Source of the DNA: Octopus sinensis
Lineage: Eukaryota
Length of the DNA: 64,000 nt
Assembly (NCBI RefSeq): GCF_006345805.1
Contig: NC_043001.1
Location: 87,172,001-87,236,000, forward strand
Direction: 5' to 3'
In this document: positions 1 to 12,406 of the stretch, piece by piece
How the letters are laid out: the number at the start of each line of letters is the position of its first letter
How positions within the stretch are numbered: the stretch's first letter is position 1
Notes under the pieces: generated by a model
What the model was told of the DNA's origin: nothing
The model's database searches: none
The model's input: the letters and a program-made list of their open reading frames with translations, nothing else
Translations under genes and position numbers: made by a program

Positions 1-265
1 AATTTGAACGTGGCGAAAATGAGTAAGGTATCAAACTAATTAAACGTTGCCTTCAAAATCAATTCAAAAATCTAAAATTCACTAGTAAAAAATAACACCA
101 AAATAGTCACCCCAATTTTTTTTTTATATATATTAATGAAACCCCAGCTCTTAGGGAGCTAACCAACAACTAAATATAATACACATGTACATGTATAGAT
201 AGATAGATAGGATCGTATTAAAAGACCGATTTGAATTTAGATCTATAAAAGCGAGGATACTCAGT

Positions 266-640
266 TGTCGAATGTCTATGAACAACCATCTCCGGTACAA
301 AACGGAAGGGACCACATTGAAACGTCATTCTGAATTCCACAAATGTGTACAAAAATCATAAAGTACTGTGTTTTATTGTTCATGAAATGTTATAAGACTG
401 TAATTAAGCCAGTGTAATTAGTCTTAATTATCACATTGACTCGTGAACTATCATGTACAATACATGTCGGACTCTCCTAATGTCTATGAAAATTCTAAGG
501 TGTGATGTTTTACGGCTATAAAATATGCAATAGAACGTTAATTTACTGTTTAAATTTAGTAGTTACCTTAAATTAAGGTGAATGCGGCATGTTTTTATAT
601 GGTCCCTTCCGTTTTTTTTTTTTTTTACCGGAATTCGACA
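266..640. mobile_element. MITE-like element with terminal inverted repeats
   Basis: TGTCGAAT..TCCGGTACAAAACGGAAGGGACCACAT (266-316, with an ~17-nt insertion) is the inverse of ATATGGTCCCTTCCGTTTT..TACCGGAATTCGACA (598-640). Confidence 0.55.
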
Positions 641-2280
641 TGTTGACCATTTATAAATTGCTTGTACGTTGGAGTGGTGTCTTTCATTTCCCAGATAAAT
701 TACCGTCTTTGTGCGTGTATACACACACACACGTTATATACACATAGAGGTGTGTCTATATAATATATATGTATGTATATATATAGACACGCACACGGTT
801 GTTTGTGGCTTGCGTTAAAATGACAGACACGAAATGTAGCGACAAAATTTAGTTAGATTTTGCAAATCAACCATCAGTGGTGTTTCGGGGGAAAAAAACA
901 CCCCCGCCTTCCCACTGCCTTGATTTTAAAGATGTTTTTTAAAAGAATTTTGAACAACAAATTTCTTTCTATGTTTTAAACAGCAAAAATTAAGATTCTG
1001 CAAAACTTTTTTTTTTTTTTTGCATCAAAGTCCGCCACTGACCATTCCTGTCGCTTTTTTAAATATATATGAAAAACATTTTCTGAATAATATTAATGAT
1101 ATATATCCAGACTCAATTTTTTGCGATGTGACTGTTGCCATTTATTATTGATAAATTGGTGGAGAGGGGATCTTCCAAAACAGGATAATTCTCCAAGAGA
1201 AGCAGTTTCTTTGCTTTGTTCTGTTACATTATATATTGTCCAATGGCTCTTAGAATCGATCTTCTATCTTTCTTACTCTCACACAGTATCGTACATATTT
1301 TATAAATTCAAGAGCATACACGCTTTTCTTCATCTGTACTGTAGAGAGAGGAAATGCCCCCCACCACCACCAAGAAAAAAAAACGTGTTGAAGACAGTAC
1401 TATGCCTGGAAGCGGTAGAATACATCATGTAGTTGGTTAATGCTAGTAGTTTTATGGTCATGTATGTTGACACCTGGTGTGTCTATCTGTTAATTTGTAT
1501 AGCACTACACTTTAGCTTTACCAAACTCGTTTAATAAGACCAAACTAACAAATTACAATATATATATATATAAAACCAGCCTTCATTTAATTGCATTTAA
1601 GATTGTCAAAATTTAAAACAAACAAGAAATGGTTTTCTTCGGGATGTGAAGTATATATTACATGTCCCCTCTATGTGGGCAATAAAGAAATAAGAGTTGT
1701 CAACTGTCTCGGCTAACCATATGTTTGCATGTTTTATAATAGTCTAGTTTTCACTAACGGCCGTGTGCGAATACATGCATATCTGCATTCACATTGCTTA
1801 ATGAACTGTATTGTGAATACAGTGTGTATAGTATATATTACTTATTTTCGTATCTAGCGCGTACGACCTTATCGTATGTACATGTTTAATATTTCTTGAG
1901 CTTGTTTGGTGAATCTGCTAGTTTAGTCATTTAGTTACGACAGTTGGCACAGACTTATGGTACATGCAATAAAAAAATTTATAGATTACTTTTCTAACTT
2001 TAAAAAAAAATTACTTTTGCAATATTGGGATGTATATACCCGACATTAAAGAAGGGGTGTGACACCATGTTGTTAATAATACGTTATGGTAGTTAGTATC
2101 AATTAGTGTTTACCCTGAAGGTCTTTTACTCGTATTCATGCACGCATGCATGCATGCAATATGCGTGTATGTTGCCTGTTCATGATGTCGTAAAAGGTGT
2201 ATATAAGGATCTTGAATTTTTTTTTTTCTTCCCTAGTGATCCCTCTTCTCGAAAAAGGTTATCCATGCCTTATATATAAC

Positions 2281-2505
2281 GAGCTGGCAGAAACGTTAGC
2301 ACACCGGGCGAAATGCTTAGCGGTGTTTCGTCTGCCGTTACGTTCTAAGTTCAAATTCCGCCGAGGTCGACTTTGCTTTTCATCCTTTCAGGGTCGATTA
2401 AATAAGTACCAGTTACGCACTGGTGTCGATGTAGTCGACTTAATCCGTTTGTCTGTCCTTGTTTGTCCCCTCTATGTTTAGCTCCCTGTGGGTAATAAAG
2501 AAATA
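2281..2505 (+). mobile_element. tRNA-derived SINE, family A (CpG-intact copy)
   Basis: GAGCTGGCAGAAACGTTAGC head, B-box-like GTTCAAATTCC, tail ...GGTAATAAAGAAATA; many homologous copies in the window. Confidence 0.85.
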
Positions 2506-2514
2506 TATATATAA

Positions 2515-2700
2515 CGAGAGCTTCAACGTGGTCGCTCGACTTACTAGAAATAACGACCAAATCCCCCTCAGTCTCGTTAGAAAAGGCTTTGTTCGACAGT
2601 TGTCCTGGCTTCCCTACAGAAAAAAAAGGAGTGGGTAGAAAGGCGGGGTGATTACGGCTGGAATGCTTTTGATCATAAAGCTGAGCTAGGTTCAAACAAC
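2515..2700. repeat. Unclassified interspersed repeat (family E)
   Basis: Inverse-orientation homologue of segments at ~15921-16110, ~27825-28000 and ~49805-49985 (shared TATGATCAAAGGCATTCCAGC and GATTTGGCTGCTATTTCTAGCA-like blocks). Confidence 0.6.
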
Positions 2701-3404
2701 TATTACAACAATATATATTCACTGAGCAGAGTGAGTGAGAAAAACGGAAGCTAAAATAGTCTTGCTTGACTAGGTTTGGTGTGTGTAAAGAGATGGTGAA
2801 GTTCCCTAGCTGAAATGACTGACTGGCTGACTTTTTTCGATGTATATTCTCACTTTCAAATTTGGTGGTCTGTTCTCAGTGAATATTTACATTTAGAAGC
2901 TAATTTTTTTCCTGCCTTTTATTTTCTCGTGGGACATTCGTTCCCTTTTGTTATATCCAACAGCTTCTACTGTACGACAGCCCGGTTAACTTATCTCCCC
3001 CCCCCCGATGAAAAAACGGGAACATGATCCTTATATTCCTTTTAGGGTTTAGTCGATCAAATCGACACCAGTATTTTTTTTAGTCTGTTTTTGGTCAACT
3101 GTTAAGTGGCGGGTACATAAAAATCCATCACACGTCAAGTGGTGATGGAGAGCAAATAAACACACTCTTTCCGTTCGAGGCATTGTTCAACCCGGTGTTA
3201 TAGAAGATATTCGCCCAAGTGACGTGGCTGTAAAGCGAATCATTTAACCGTACAGCCGTACGTGCTCAGGTGCACTACAACTATATAAAAAAATGAAGAA
3301 AAACGCTCTAATCTGAAATTGAAAGCAATTTACCTTACTACTTTTACTTCTTTTGCTCATTATTGTGCGGCAATGTTGGGTGGGTGTATGACAATGTTTG
3401 TGAC

Positions 3405-3543
3405 ATATTTTAACTTCAAAAGGCAAAGTCAATGCAGTTACGTGGTGAAAAAAAAAAAATTCTCTCTTAACACCGTTTATCATAAGAGAGAATTTTTTAT
3501 CCACGGTAACTGCAATGTATTTTGCCTTTAGAAGTTAAAATAT
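3405..3543. repeat. Long imperfect palindrome / fold-back element
   Basis: Arms 3405-3469 and 3483-3543 are reverse-complementary (ATATTTTAACTTCAAAAGGCAAA..TGCAGTTAC.GTGG..AAAATTCTCTCTTA), 13-nt spacer. Confidence 0.8.
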
Positions 3544-3637
3544 ATAAGAAACATTTTAACTAACCTAAAGTTGGTTTATTTCTAGTCACTGCTTGGCGCT
3601 GATGCTGCGACAATAATTATTGTTTCAAAGATAGCAT

Positions 3638-3663
3638 ATCTCTCTCTCTCTCTCTCTCTCTAC

Positions 3664-3695
<32 letters not shown>

Positions 3696-3889
3696 ATATA
3701 TATATATATATGCGAAGGCAAAGAATACGCACACTCAGTGGTTAGGGTTACGCCGAAAACGTGTGGTGTGTGTATTCCGGTTTATGGGATTACCTTAGGT
3801 TTCACGCCCGTAAAGGGTTTAGTTTTATGGCGTATCATCAAATACCAAAACCTGTTGGCTTAAGGCTTCTCTAGCGAGTGGCCTCTCTA

Positions 3890-3933
<44 letters not shown>
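3638..3933. repeat. (TC)n(TA)n microsatellite (3638-3710) and (TA)n (3892-3933)
   Basis: Direct reading of dinucleotide runs. Confidence 0.9.
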
Positions 3934-3938
<5 letters not shown>

Positions 3939-3976
3939 AAACCGATTGGTTAGATCAGCTGTGCTGGATATATAAT
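3934..3976. promoter_or_regulatory. Candidate promoter module: E2F site + CCAAT (NF-Y) box + TATA-like element
   Basis: GCGCGAAA (3934-3941; reverse of TTTCGCGC), CCGATTGGTT (3942-3951; reverse AACCAATCGG fits RRCCAATSRG), TATATAA at ~3969, inside the CpG-rich block. Confidence 0.4.
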
Positions 3977-4644
3977 AGATTTCGGATATATATATATCTC
4001 GGTGTGTTGTTGATTGAAACAACTTCTGTACATCGCTCGTGCCCACTTTATAACCCTGAATAAAATGAAAAGCAAAGAGGACTCCATTGGGATTTGAACT
4101 GGGAATGTAAGTAGTTAGGATTAAGTATTACAAGGCATGCTATGGTTGCCAACACTCTGCCCGATAGCCAGGTCTGCACTTGGGTGCCACCCCCTTTCCC
4201 CTGATCTTCAAAATAATCATTTTGGCCAACACTAACATTTTTGTTACCCTTTGAAGATGAGCTGGCAGTGTTTATATCATGTTTGGTGTCATATAGTGTG
4301 AAATATGTACGTGTTTGTAACTGCCTCACTGTTCCGAATTGTCTTTAAAAAAAAAAGGTTTGCGCATGTGAAAGATGAGTTGTTTTTATGTGCGTGTATA
4401 ATTATAAATACGTATATAATGTGAGTTTGTGATGGAAGTTGTGTAACAAACAGACTGTTTCTGAAATCATATTAAATTAACAATTTTTGTCGATAGGTTC
4501 AGAAAAGTGATGTATCCTTGCTTAGAACTAAAATCATTTCTATTTTTATAGTAGTAATACAGTCGTGTGTATGTGTTTGTGATAGGAATCAGACTAACAA
4601 TTTTTAAAGTTATAGTAATAAAAAAAATAAGCATCACAGCCTAC

Positions 4645-4792
4645 TGCGAAAAAATACTTAGCGCATTTCTTCTTGTTTTACGTTATAAGTTCAAATTCTA
4701 CCGAGGTTGACTTTGCCTTTCAACCCTTTCGGGGTCGATGTAGTCGATTTAGCCCCTTCTCCGAAAAATTTCAGGCCTTGTGCCTATAGTAG
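4645..4792 (+). mobile_element. SINE family A, partial
   Basis: GTTCAAATTCTACCGAGGTTGACTTTGCCTTTCAACCCTTTCGGGGTCGA matches the 2281-2505 copy. Confidence 0.75.
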
Positions 4793-6795
4793 AAAGGATT
4801 ATTATTATTATGATATAGTTGCTAAGTTTCTTTTGAATGGTACTGTTTTTAGATTCATTAAGAAAAAAGACTTCACAGCTGGGTGGTGAAGGACTAGCAG
4901 CTATGTAAACTGTTCTTGAACGATAGCAGGATGTGGTGTGTTCTTTACTTTCCTACTTCCTCCTCCTTGATGTTGTTTTGGCATTAAGCCCACCAAGTGA
5001 AGAGAGAAATTCACATGGGGCAGTGCATGATACTAATTTTTTATTTACTTTTGATTGAACTACCAAACACAAACGACAGTAAATTCAGAGCTGGTGAGAT
5101 ATACCATTTTACCTGTTCTCTTAAGGAATTAATTTCTGAATTAACTTTTTTTCCGTAACATCTCTCTCTTTCACTCACATACACACACACTCTCTCTCAT
5201 ATGCATACAAATCGGTGTAGATGTACGCATACACATTTCTATAGTTTACGAATAACTTTTCACCCTTTGTGCAGCCACCGTGTATGTGTTAAAAAAAATC
5301 TGAAGGCTGCATACAGACACACGTACACGTTTTCATTGTTTATGAACAAATTTTCACGACTGTCCATGCATTGTATACATGTTCAAAGGACTGGGATAAC
5401 ATGTTACACCATGTAACACACATACACATCAGAATTGTCAACCCTTGCAGAAATATAGTGTAGGGAGTGCTAAAAAAAACAAAAACATTTATAGTTTTTA
5501 GGGTTTTTTATTTTTTGTTAGTTTAAAGTAGGTTTGTATATTAGCATATATTTGTGTGTGTGTGTATATATATATATATACACACATATATAATCGCAGA
5601 TTTTGTACCATTTTATGTATGTATAACGAAAACCGCAATTATTTTAGTGCTAGGCTATTGTATACACACCTTGCATACAAGAGATATTTTCCTGAGATTT
5701 CTTTGCTTTATATTCACATATATATTATACATCAATAAATACAATGTTAATTTAATGAGGTTATCATAAAAGTTGGCTTGCTCCATTATGATATAGTAGG
5801 ACATACAGACATTGCATACCATAAAGAATTAGGATAACTGTATTCATTCGCTTACATTACACCATTTACATGTCCAGTGCTCAAATACCATAATATATTA
5901 AGCTAAACATTCTCCTAGTTTCTGTCTTCAGTTTTATACTACATGGTTATCTTTTTCTTTTTTTTTTTTTTGCATGCACAAGCATGTTCTTGGCTAGCTT
6001 ATATTTATAACATGGGCCCCCATCTTCCAAGTTTACTGCAATGAGAGATATTTTGAAAAGTGAGGACCATAATACCCAAGTGTTCTCAAGGAACTGTATT
6101 TCAGTGAAATTTCATTCATTGTCATCTTCATCATGCCCAATTCTCCATGCTTGCATGTTTATTGAAGCAGATTTTCTATAGCTTGATGCACTGTTGCTAA
6201 TCCTTACCTGTTTCCAAGCAAGATATTTTCCCTTGGACAGGCATGTTTTTGCATATTGGAAATGAAAGATGTTCATTTCCCATAATCACACAATATCAAA
6301 ACAATGAGGGACTAACACACATATGCACATTACACACACACACACACACACATATATAAGCTTATTTTAGTTTCCATCTACCAAATTCACTAAAAAGGCT
6401 TTGATGGGCATAGGGTTTGTTGAAAACACTTGCCCAAAGTGCAACACAAGGGAACTAAATCCAGACCCATGTGGTTGGGAAGCCAACTTCTTAACCACAC
6501 ACCCATCATAGCTGCATTGTCTGGAAATATTTCAGTCATCAGCAAACTGAAATAGACTGATTTTCATTGGATGTTGTAATGAACTGGGAAAAGTTGCAGC
6601 TTTAACTTTGGCATTTAAAGTCGAAAAGAATTATATTGAAATGTATGTACATATAAATTGAAGCTTCCCTTAAAGCTTTTGTGCTCGCAAATGGTAACTA
6701 TTGCTGTATTTTGTGACCTCAGCCAAATTGTCATGACAAAAACTTCCATAATTTTCTCGTGAGTCTACTTTTGAGCATTTCTTTGTAATCTTTAA

Positions 6796-6960
6796 CCTTT
6801 TAGTATTTAAAATGGCTATATCAGACCCAAATATTCTACGTGTTACATGTTCAAACTGATCAGGTCCAGCCTCTCATACCTACCATACATTGTCATTCTA
6901 AAAATAAACAATGTGAATAAATAACCATTACATTTAACAAGATAATCTAAATGCTAAAGT
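6796..6960. mobile_element. TTAA-flanked (piggyBac-type) MITE, family 2, degenerate
   Basis: TTAA|CCTTTTAGTATTTAAA start; interior homologous to the outer element at 52664-53094. Confidence 0.55.
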
Positions 6961-6989
6961 TTTTTTTTTCTCTCCGACTACACAAAACT

Positions 6990-7322
6990 AGTTTTTACCC
7001 GTGCCGGTGGCACGTAAAAAGCACCATCCGAACATGGCTGATGCCAGCGCCGCCTGACTGGCATCCATGTCAGTGACATGTAAAAAGCACCAACCAATTG
7101 TGACCATTTGCCAGCCTCTTCTGGCTCCTGTGCCGGTGGCACGTAAAAAGCACCTACCACACTCACTGAGTGGTTGGCGTTAGGAAGGGCATCCAGCTGT
7201 AGAAACACTGCCAGATCAGACTGGAGCCTGGCACAGCCTCCTGGCTTCCCAGACGCCGGTCAAACTGTCCAACCCATGCTAGCATGGAAAATGGACGTTA
7301 AACGATGATGATGATGATGACA
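6990..7322 (+). mobile_element. Retroposon family C with (GAT)n tail
   Basis: Repeated GTGCCGGTGGCACGTAAAAAGCACC subunits, then TTGGCGTTAGGAAGGGCATCCAGC..ACCCATGCTAGCATGGAAA..GACGTTAAAC(GAT)n; homologous to 24820-25236 and 42330-42622. Confidence 0.8.
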
Positions 7323-7834
7323 CCTTTCAAAACAACCATCATGTTGTACCCTGAACATTTATGAATGAAATTCCATTCTTTTGTTCACACTCACCATCCT
7401 CATCATTTTACATATTTTCCATGCCAACTTAAGATGAATGGTTTGACAGGAAGTTGCAGGGCTGTGTCAAGTTCCTGTGTCAGCTTGGCATGGTTTTTTA
7501 TAGCTGGGTGCCCTTCCTAACACCAACACATTTCAGTGTGAACTGGGTTCTTATTTTCATGCCATCAGTACAAGTGAAGTCACAAAATAACTTGCAAAAC
7601 AAGGAAAAGAACAGATAAAGGTAAAAGGCCTACTCAACTAAGTATGGGGGGAGTGTTTGATAGGGGAAAAGGCTTTATGTCAGTTGTTGAGAGGTTAAAG
7701 TATGGTAGGACAACTACAGGTGTCTTGTTACAGATATGTGACTACCTCACATTATATAAGGGTGTGCAGGGGTAGCTGGAAAGAAAAGCTGGTAGTGATA
7801 GGGTGCCAAAGTAAACTCACAATACAAGGTGAGC

Positions 7835-8215
7835 ATAATAATAATAATGAAATTATTGTATACAGTGCTCAGGTGCACCACAACTTGTCAAAAGTGCATA
7901 TAAAGTATATGCAGTAATGTACTAATGTCTGGAAAGCGAACCATGTATGAGTCAGATACATACTTGCATGTGTATGGAGGGGGGAAAATCAGGTGTAGTG
8001 TTGGCGAATCTCAGGAAGCATGGAAGTTTTGTAGGATGAAGTGCTCCGACAACTAACAACTGATGCCGGCAGTCTGTTCCATGCTTCAGCAACTCTTAGC
8101 GTGAAAAAATGTTTCCAAAAGTCATAGGACCTGTGCTGTTTTCTGACTTTGTAAACATGTCCACGGGTGTTAGACAGGTGGAGTTTGAGGATACAGATTG
8201 TAAGTCAGAGGAGGA
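7835..8215 (-). mobile_element. CR1-type LINE 3' fragment (ORF2 C-terminus + 3' UTR)
   Basis: Minus strand reads DFWKHFFTLRVAEAWNRLPASVVSCRSTSSYKTSMLPEIRQHYT*, matching the CR1/L2-type ORF2 C-terminal motif (FF..RV...WN.LP..VV); ends in an (ATT)n tail. Confidence 0.75.
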
Positions 8216-8717
8216 GGAAGCTTTGTGAAAGCTAATCTGTTTGTTTGCTGCCAGTGATTCATCATCCAGTGTTTTGCCATTTTATCACATGTCTAGTAAA
8301 GTTTTAACTTCAGTACACACATTAGGATTGGTCATTCAATAACAGACAGACTTTTTTAAACCCAATAATGGCAAACATTTTTTTACATGTTCCAGACTAA
8401 GCTGAAAAACAGTTCAAATAAAAGATTATGAAGTGCTGCCAGTGGTGCTTCTGGAACAGTAGAACTTAGAGTATTGTAAACGTGGAAGAATTTCTTAAAT
8501 GTGGGTATTTTCAGTGAAATGCTTGGAGAGACTGTCAATGCTGGAAATTCACATTACGATGTGAGAAGTTTGACAAACCTTATATATGTTTCTAAATTTC
8601 ACTTTTTTATGCTTGCACAGGTCAAATGAAATTTGTCAGGGCAGATTATCTTCAGATTTATGCCCTTCTTGTCTTTGACCCTCATTTGTTTTCAAATGTA
8701 TGATGACATTTGTTTAC

Positions 8718-8762
<45 letters not shown>

Positions 8763-8905
8763 TGGGTTCCTCTGAGCATCTATCTATAAAATCCACTCAA
8801 GGCTTTGGTTAACCTGGAGCTATAGTGCAGTAAGGTGTCACACTGAGACTGAACCCAAAACTACATGGTTGGGGAGTGAGCTTTTTAACCACACAGCCAT
8901 GCCTG
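8718..8905 (-). mobile_element. SINE family B 5' half with (CA)n
   Basis: Reverse of the GGCTGTGTGGTTAA..CATGTAGTTTTGGGTTCAGTC head; (CA)n at 8718-8760. Confidence 0.7.
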
Positions 8906-8956
8906 ACTTATTTAAGAAAAATTGTAATTTTCTGTTTCAAGCCCAATATTTGTGTG

Positions 8957-9310
8957 CCAACTACATGGTTCCGGGTTCGGTCCTACTGCGTGGTACCTTG
9001 GGCAAATGTCTTCTGCTGTAGCCTAGGGCCGACCAAAGCTTTGTGAGTGGATTTGGTAGAAGGAAACTGAAGGAAGCTTGTCATATATGTGTGTGTGTGT
9101 GTGTGTAAATTTGTGTCTGTGTTTGTCTCTCCCCCCACCATCACTTGACAACTGATGTTGGTGTGTTTATGTCCCCATAACTTAGTGGTTCAGCAAAGAG
9201 AGTCCGATAGAATAAGTAGTAGGCTTACATAGGATGTCCTGGGGTCAATTCATTCGACTACAGGTGGTGCTCCAGCACGACCATGGTCAAATGACTGAAA
9301 CAAATGAAAA
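8957..9310 (+). mobile_element. SINE family B
   Basis: CATGGTTCCGGGTTCGGTCC..CTTGGGCAA..GTGAGTGGATTTGGTAGA..(TG)n..GGTGCTCCAGCA..ATGACTGAAAC. Confidence 0.8.
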
Positions 9311-10633
9311 AATATATATATGTGTATATAAAAATCCACACGCTAATTTTGTGATGTTATAACTTAGATAAAGCATAAATCACCTATCTAACTATATTTT
9401 TCCTCAAAGAAAGTATAACTTGAACTGTTATATTCTGGTTGGCAACTACAATATTATTTTGAGCTGTTAGAAACACTGTGTGTATAGATTCCTTATGTAT
9501 TTCACTATATGAACCATATTATTTCCACCTTGATAATTTATATTCCATCTATTTGTTTTATTGTTATTGAATCTTAGAATTATCATTGATGCTTTAATCT
9601 TGTAATGTAAGATTCCTTTTAATCTTTATGCTGTAGTTTTAAGTTTTCAGTTATTGATTCTGCCAGAGTGTTTTCTACTACACTTCACTAATTGCCACTT
9701 AATGGATAAGTGAAACTTAACCACAAATAGAAGTGAAGAACTCCATTTGTCTGCATTGCTGTCTTTTTTTTTTTTTTTTCAATTTCACTATTAAAATTAA
9801 ACAACACTTCTATTATTTATCTTAGATGTAAGATTATTCAGTAAGATGGATTAGTTTTTTTTTGGTTTTTTTTTTAGCCTTACTCCTACTATAGTATATG
9901 GCTTCTGCACTAAAAATTCTGTACATCATTGTTTTAATGTCTACTTCTCCATGCTTGCATGGATCAGGTGGGAGTAATTTGGAGCAGAGTGTCCTATGGC
10001 TGCATGCCCTTCATGACTCCAATCCCTGCCTGTTTCCAAGCAAAATAATAATTTCATGGTCTGCCAAACAACAACAAAGATCAACATGATTACACAGAGA
10101 ACTAAAAACAAGCAACAACCAGCAAACAGATGCAAATATGAGGGGAAAGTACAAACTCACTCACACAAACACTTATGCACACACAAATACATATGTATAT
10201 ATATATATATATATATATATTTGATGGGTTTCTTTCAGTTTTCATCTACCAAATCCAATCATAAGGCTGTGGTTGGGCCAAGATTATAATAAAGGAGACT
10301 TGCCTAAGATGTAACTGGGACTGAACCTAAAACCATGTGGTTGGGAAGCAAACTTTTTAACCACAACAGTCCTGCCTGCTCTTAGATTTTCATTGATTAA
10401 TTTCATTTCATAAAGGCCTTGGTAGTCCTCAGAAGTTTTTCAGTGACCCCAACTCCCTCTCAAGGTTCTAAGCCTCATCTCTAGTGACTCCCTACTCTGT
10501 GACATTATCACAAGTAGTAGGTTGCTCACAGTACTATAAAAAAAATGAACATAAAACACTAAGCTATTACATTGAGGTTTAAACCTACTAGAAGTAGGAA
10601 CCCTAAATTCCCCTGAAATAATTCTTTTGATTA

Positions 10634-11033
10634 TACTCTTTACTCTTTTCAGTCATTTGACTGCGGCCATGCTGGAGCACCGCCTTTAATCGAGCAACTC
10701 GACCCCGGGACTTATTCTTTTTGTAAGCCCAGTACTTAATCTATCTGTCTCTTTTTGCCGAACCGCTAAGTAACGGGGACATAAACACACCAGCATCGGT
10801 TGTCAAGCAATGTTAGGGGGACAAACACAGACACACAAACACATACACGCGTATATATATATATACGTATCTACAACGGGCTTCTTTCTGTTTCCGTCTA
10901 CCAAATCCACTCACAAGGCTTTGGTCGACCTGAGGCTATAGCAGAAGACACTTGCCCAAGGTGCCACGCAGTGGGACTGAACCCAGAACCATGTGGTTGG
11001 TAAACAAGCTACTTACCACACAGCCACTCCTGC
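10634..11033 (-). mobile_element. SINE family B, full-length young copy
   Basis: Complete head (reverse of GCAGGAGTGGCTGTGTGGTAAG), central microsatellite and TAAAGAG-type tail; most CpGs retained. Confidence 0.88.
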
Positions 11034-11229
11034 ACAAGGCCTGAAATTTTGAGGAGGAGGTTATTCTATTACATCACCCCCAGTACTCAACTGGTACTTA
11101 TTTTTCTGATCCCAGAAGGATGAAAGGCAAAGTCAAACCTCTACAGAATTTGAACCCAGAATGTAAAGATGGACAAAATGCTTCTAAGCATTTTTTCTGG
11201 CTTGCTAATAATTTCAGCAGCACATCACC
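11034..11229 (-). mobile_element. SINE family A variant
   Basis: Reverse match to the family A body (GAAAGGCAAAGTCAA..GAATTTGAAC..CTAAGCATTT). Confidence 0.7.
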
Positions 11230-11607
11230 TTGTATCTTTCTGAAATAATAATATTACCCTGATATCTTAGGAATAGGATACTATATGATGTTTTTGTTGG
11301 ATTTTGAATGAGATTAAATGCTCATGATTGGAATGGCTATGAATATATCTCCTGGATCAGGGTTAACCTGTGACTAAATAAAAAAAAAAATTTAAAGATA
11401 AGAAAAACATAATAAATTGAATATCCCCTTAGTTTAGACATCAATAATTTTCTGAATAATCTCTGCACACCTAGAGGAATGAGCATAGCATCTACATTGG
11501 TTATTTGGGTTGTTTTAGCCATCCATTTCTATTAAAAGTCAGTATGACAAATGTCCAAGAAAATTACTCCTTATAGATATAAATATACTACATTGTCATG
11601 TTTCCAG

Positions 11608-11644
11608 GCATTTTTACAAAATTCAGTTGTAGCTAAGAACCTTG
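11608..11644 (+). other. Candidate 37-nt exon (AFLQNSVVAKNL, phase 0 to 1)
   Basis: TGTTTCCAG|G acceptor, TTG|GTAATG donor; only frame 0 is open. No homology recognised. Confidence 0.25.
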
Positions 11645-11706
11645 GTAATGTAAAAGACAAATCAGAAGAAATTTATAGAAACTGAAAGTTAATTATCATC
11701 TTTTAA

Positions 11707-11907
11707 CCCTTTCAAGATGTTACCCTTTGATTGCATGATACAAACTTCAAAGAGATTTAAATTAAAACCTTCCATTGTAATTTCATGCTAAGTTGTTCCA
11801 AACACCAGTTTAATAATGGAAATGATTTTACTGAATTCTATATCATTTTAAAAAATGAATATAAACAAAAGCTGTATATTTCAATGTAAATATTGGTAAT
11901 AAAAGGG
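11707..11907. mobile_element. TTAA-type MITE, family 1
   Basis: TTAA|CCCTTTC start and GGTAATAAAAGGG|TTAC end. Confidence 0.6.
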
Positions 11908-12406
11908 TTACCACCCATTATTCTAAAAGCTGATACTTAACAGATAGGTTTTATTATCGATAGATGACTTTCACATCTTGATAATGTATCAGCTCTTTCT
12001 CTATCACACACACACATATAAGCCATAAACACTTGAGAGCTCATCAACATTAGTTTTATTTCTTATTGTCTAAGAGCTGACATTGCTTGTTTATATCTTA
12101 GAATAAATTGTATATTATAGGTGAATTATAAGTTGTGAAAAGTATAGTGGTTAGATATCCAAAAATGTAAATAGTGCTGAAAAGCTTACAATAATATTTG
12201 TTTGATAATACCTACATGATATGATGAAAACAAATTAGGTCTGTTCTTCATAAGAAAAATGTTTAAAATTATAGATAAACTGAAACTTTTCCTTCCGTAT
12301 ATAAGAAGACATAGAACATGTGTTTAGCAATAATTACATACATTTATATATTTCTATAGTTTCAGGTTTAATCCTGTTACATGATTGAAGCCCTGTAGTT
12401 AGTAAA

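Noticed and set aside
1121-1432. 103-aa ORF and most other ORFs in the track
   Set aside because: Low-complexity or repeat-derived peptides, several with alternative starts, no recognisable domain; expected by chance.
2197-2722. ORFs 2197..2481 and 2351..2722
   Set aside because: They translate SINE family A and repeat E sequence.
3740-3751. GGTTAGGGTTA telomere-like motif (also near 14427)
   Set aside because: Under two TTAGGG units; not an interstitial telomeric array.
6990-7150. Regularly recurring GGTGGCACGTAAAAAGCACC units resembling a CRISPR array
   Set aside because: Eukaryotic context, no cas genes, spacers are related to each other, and the same units recur in every family C retroposon.
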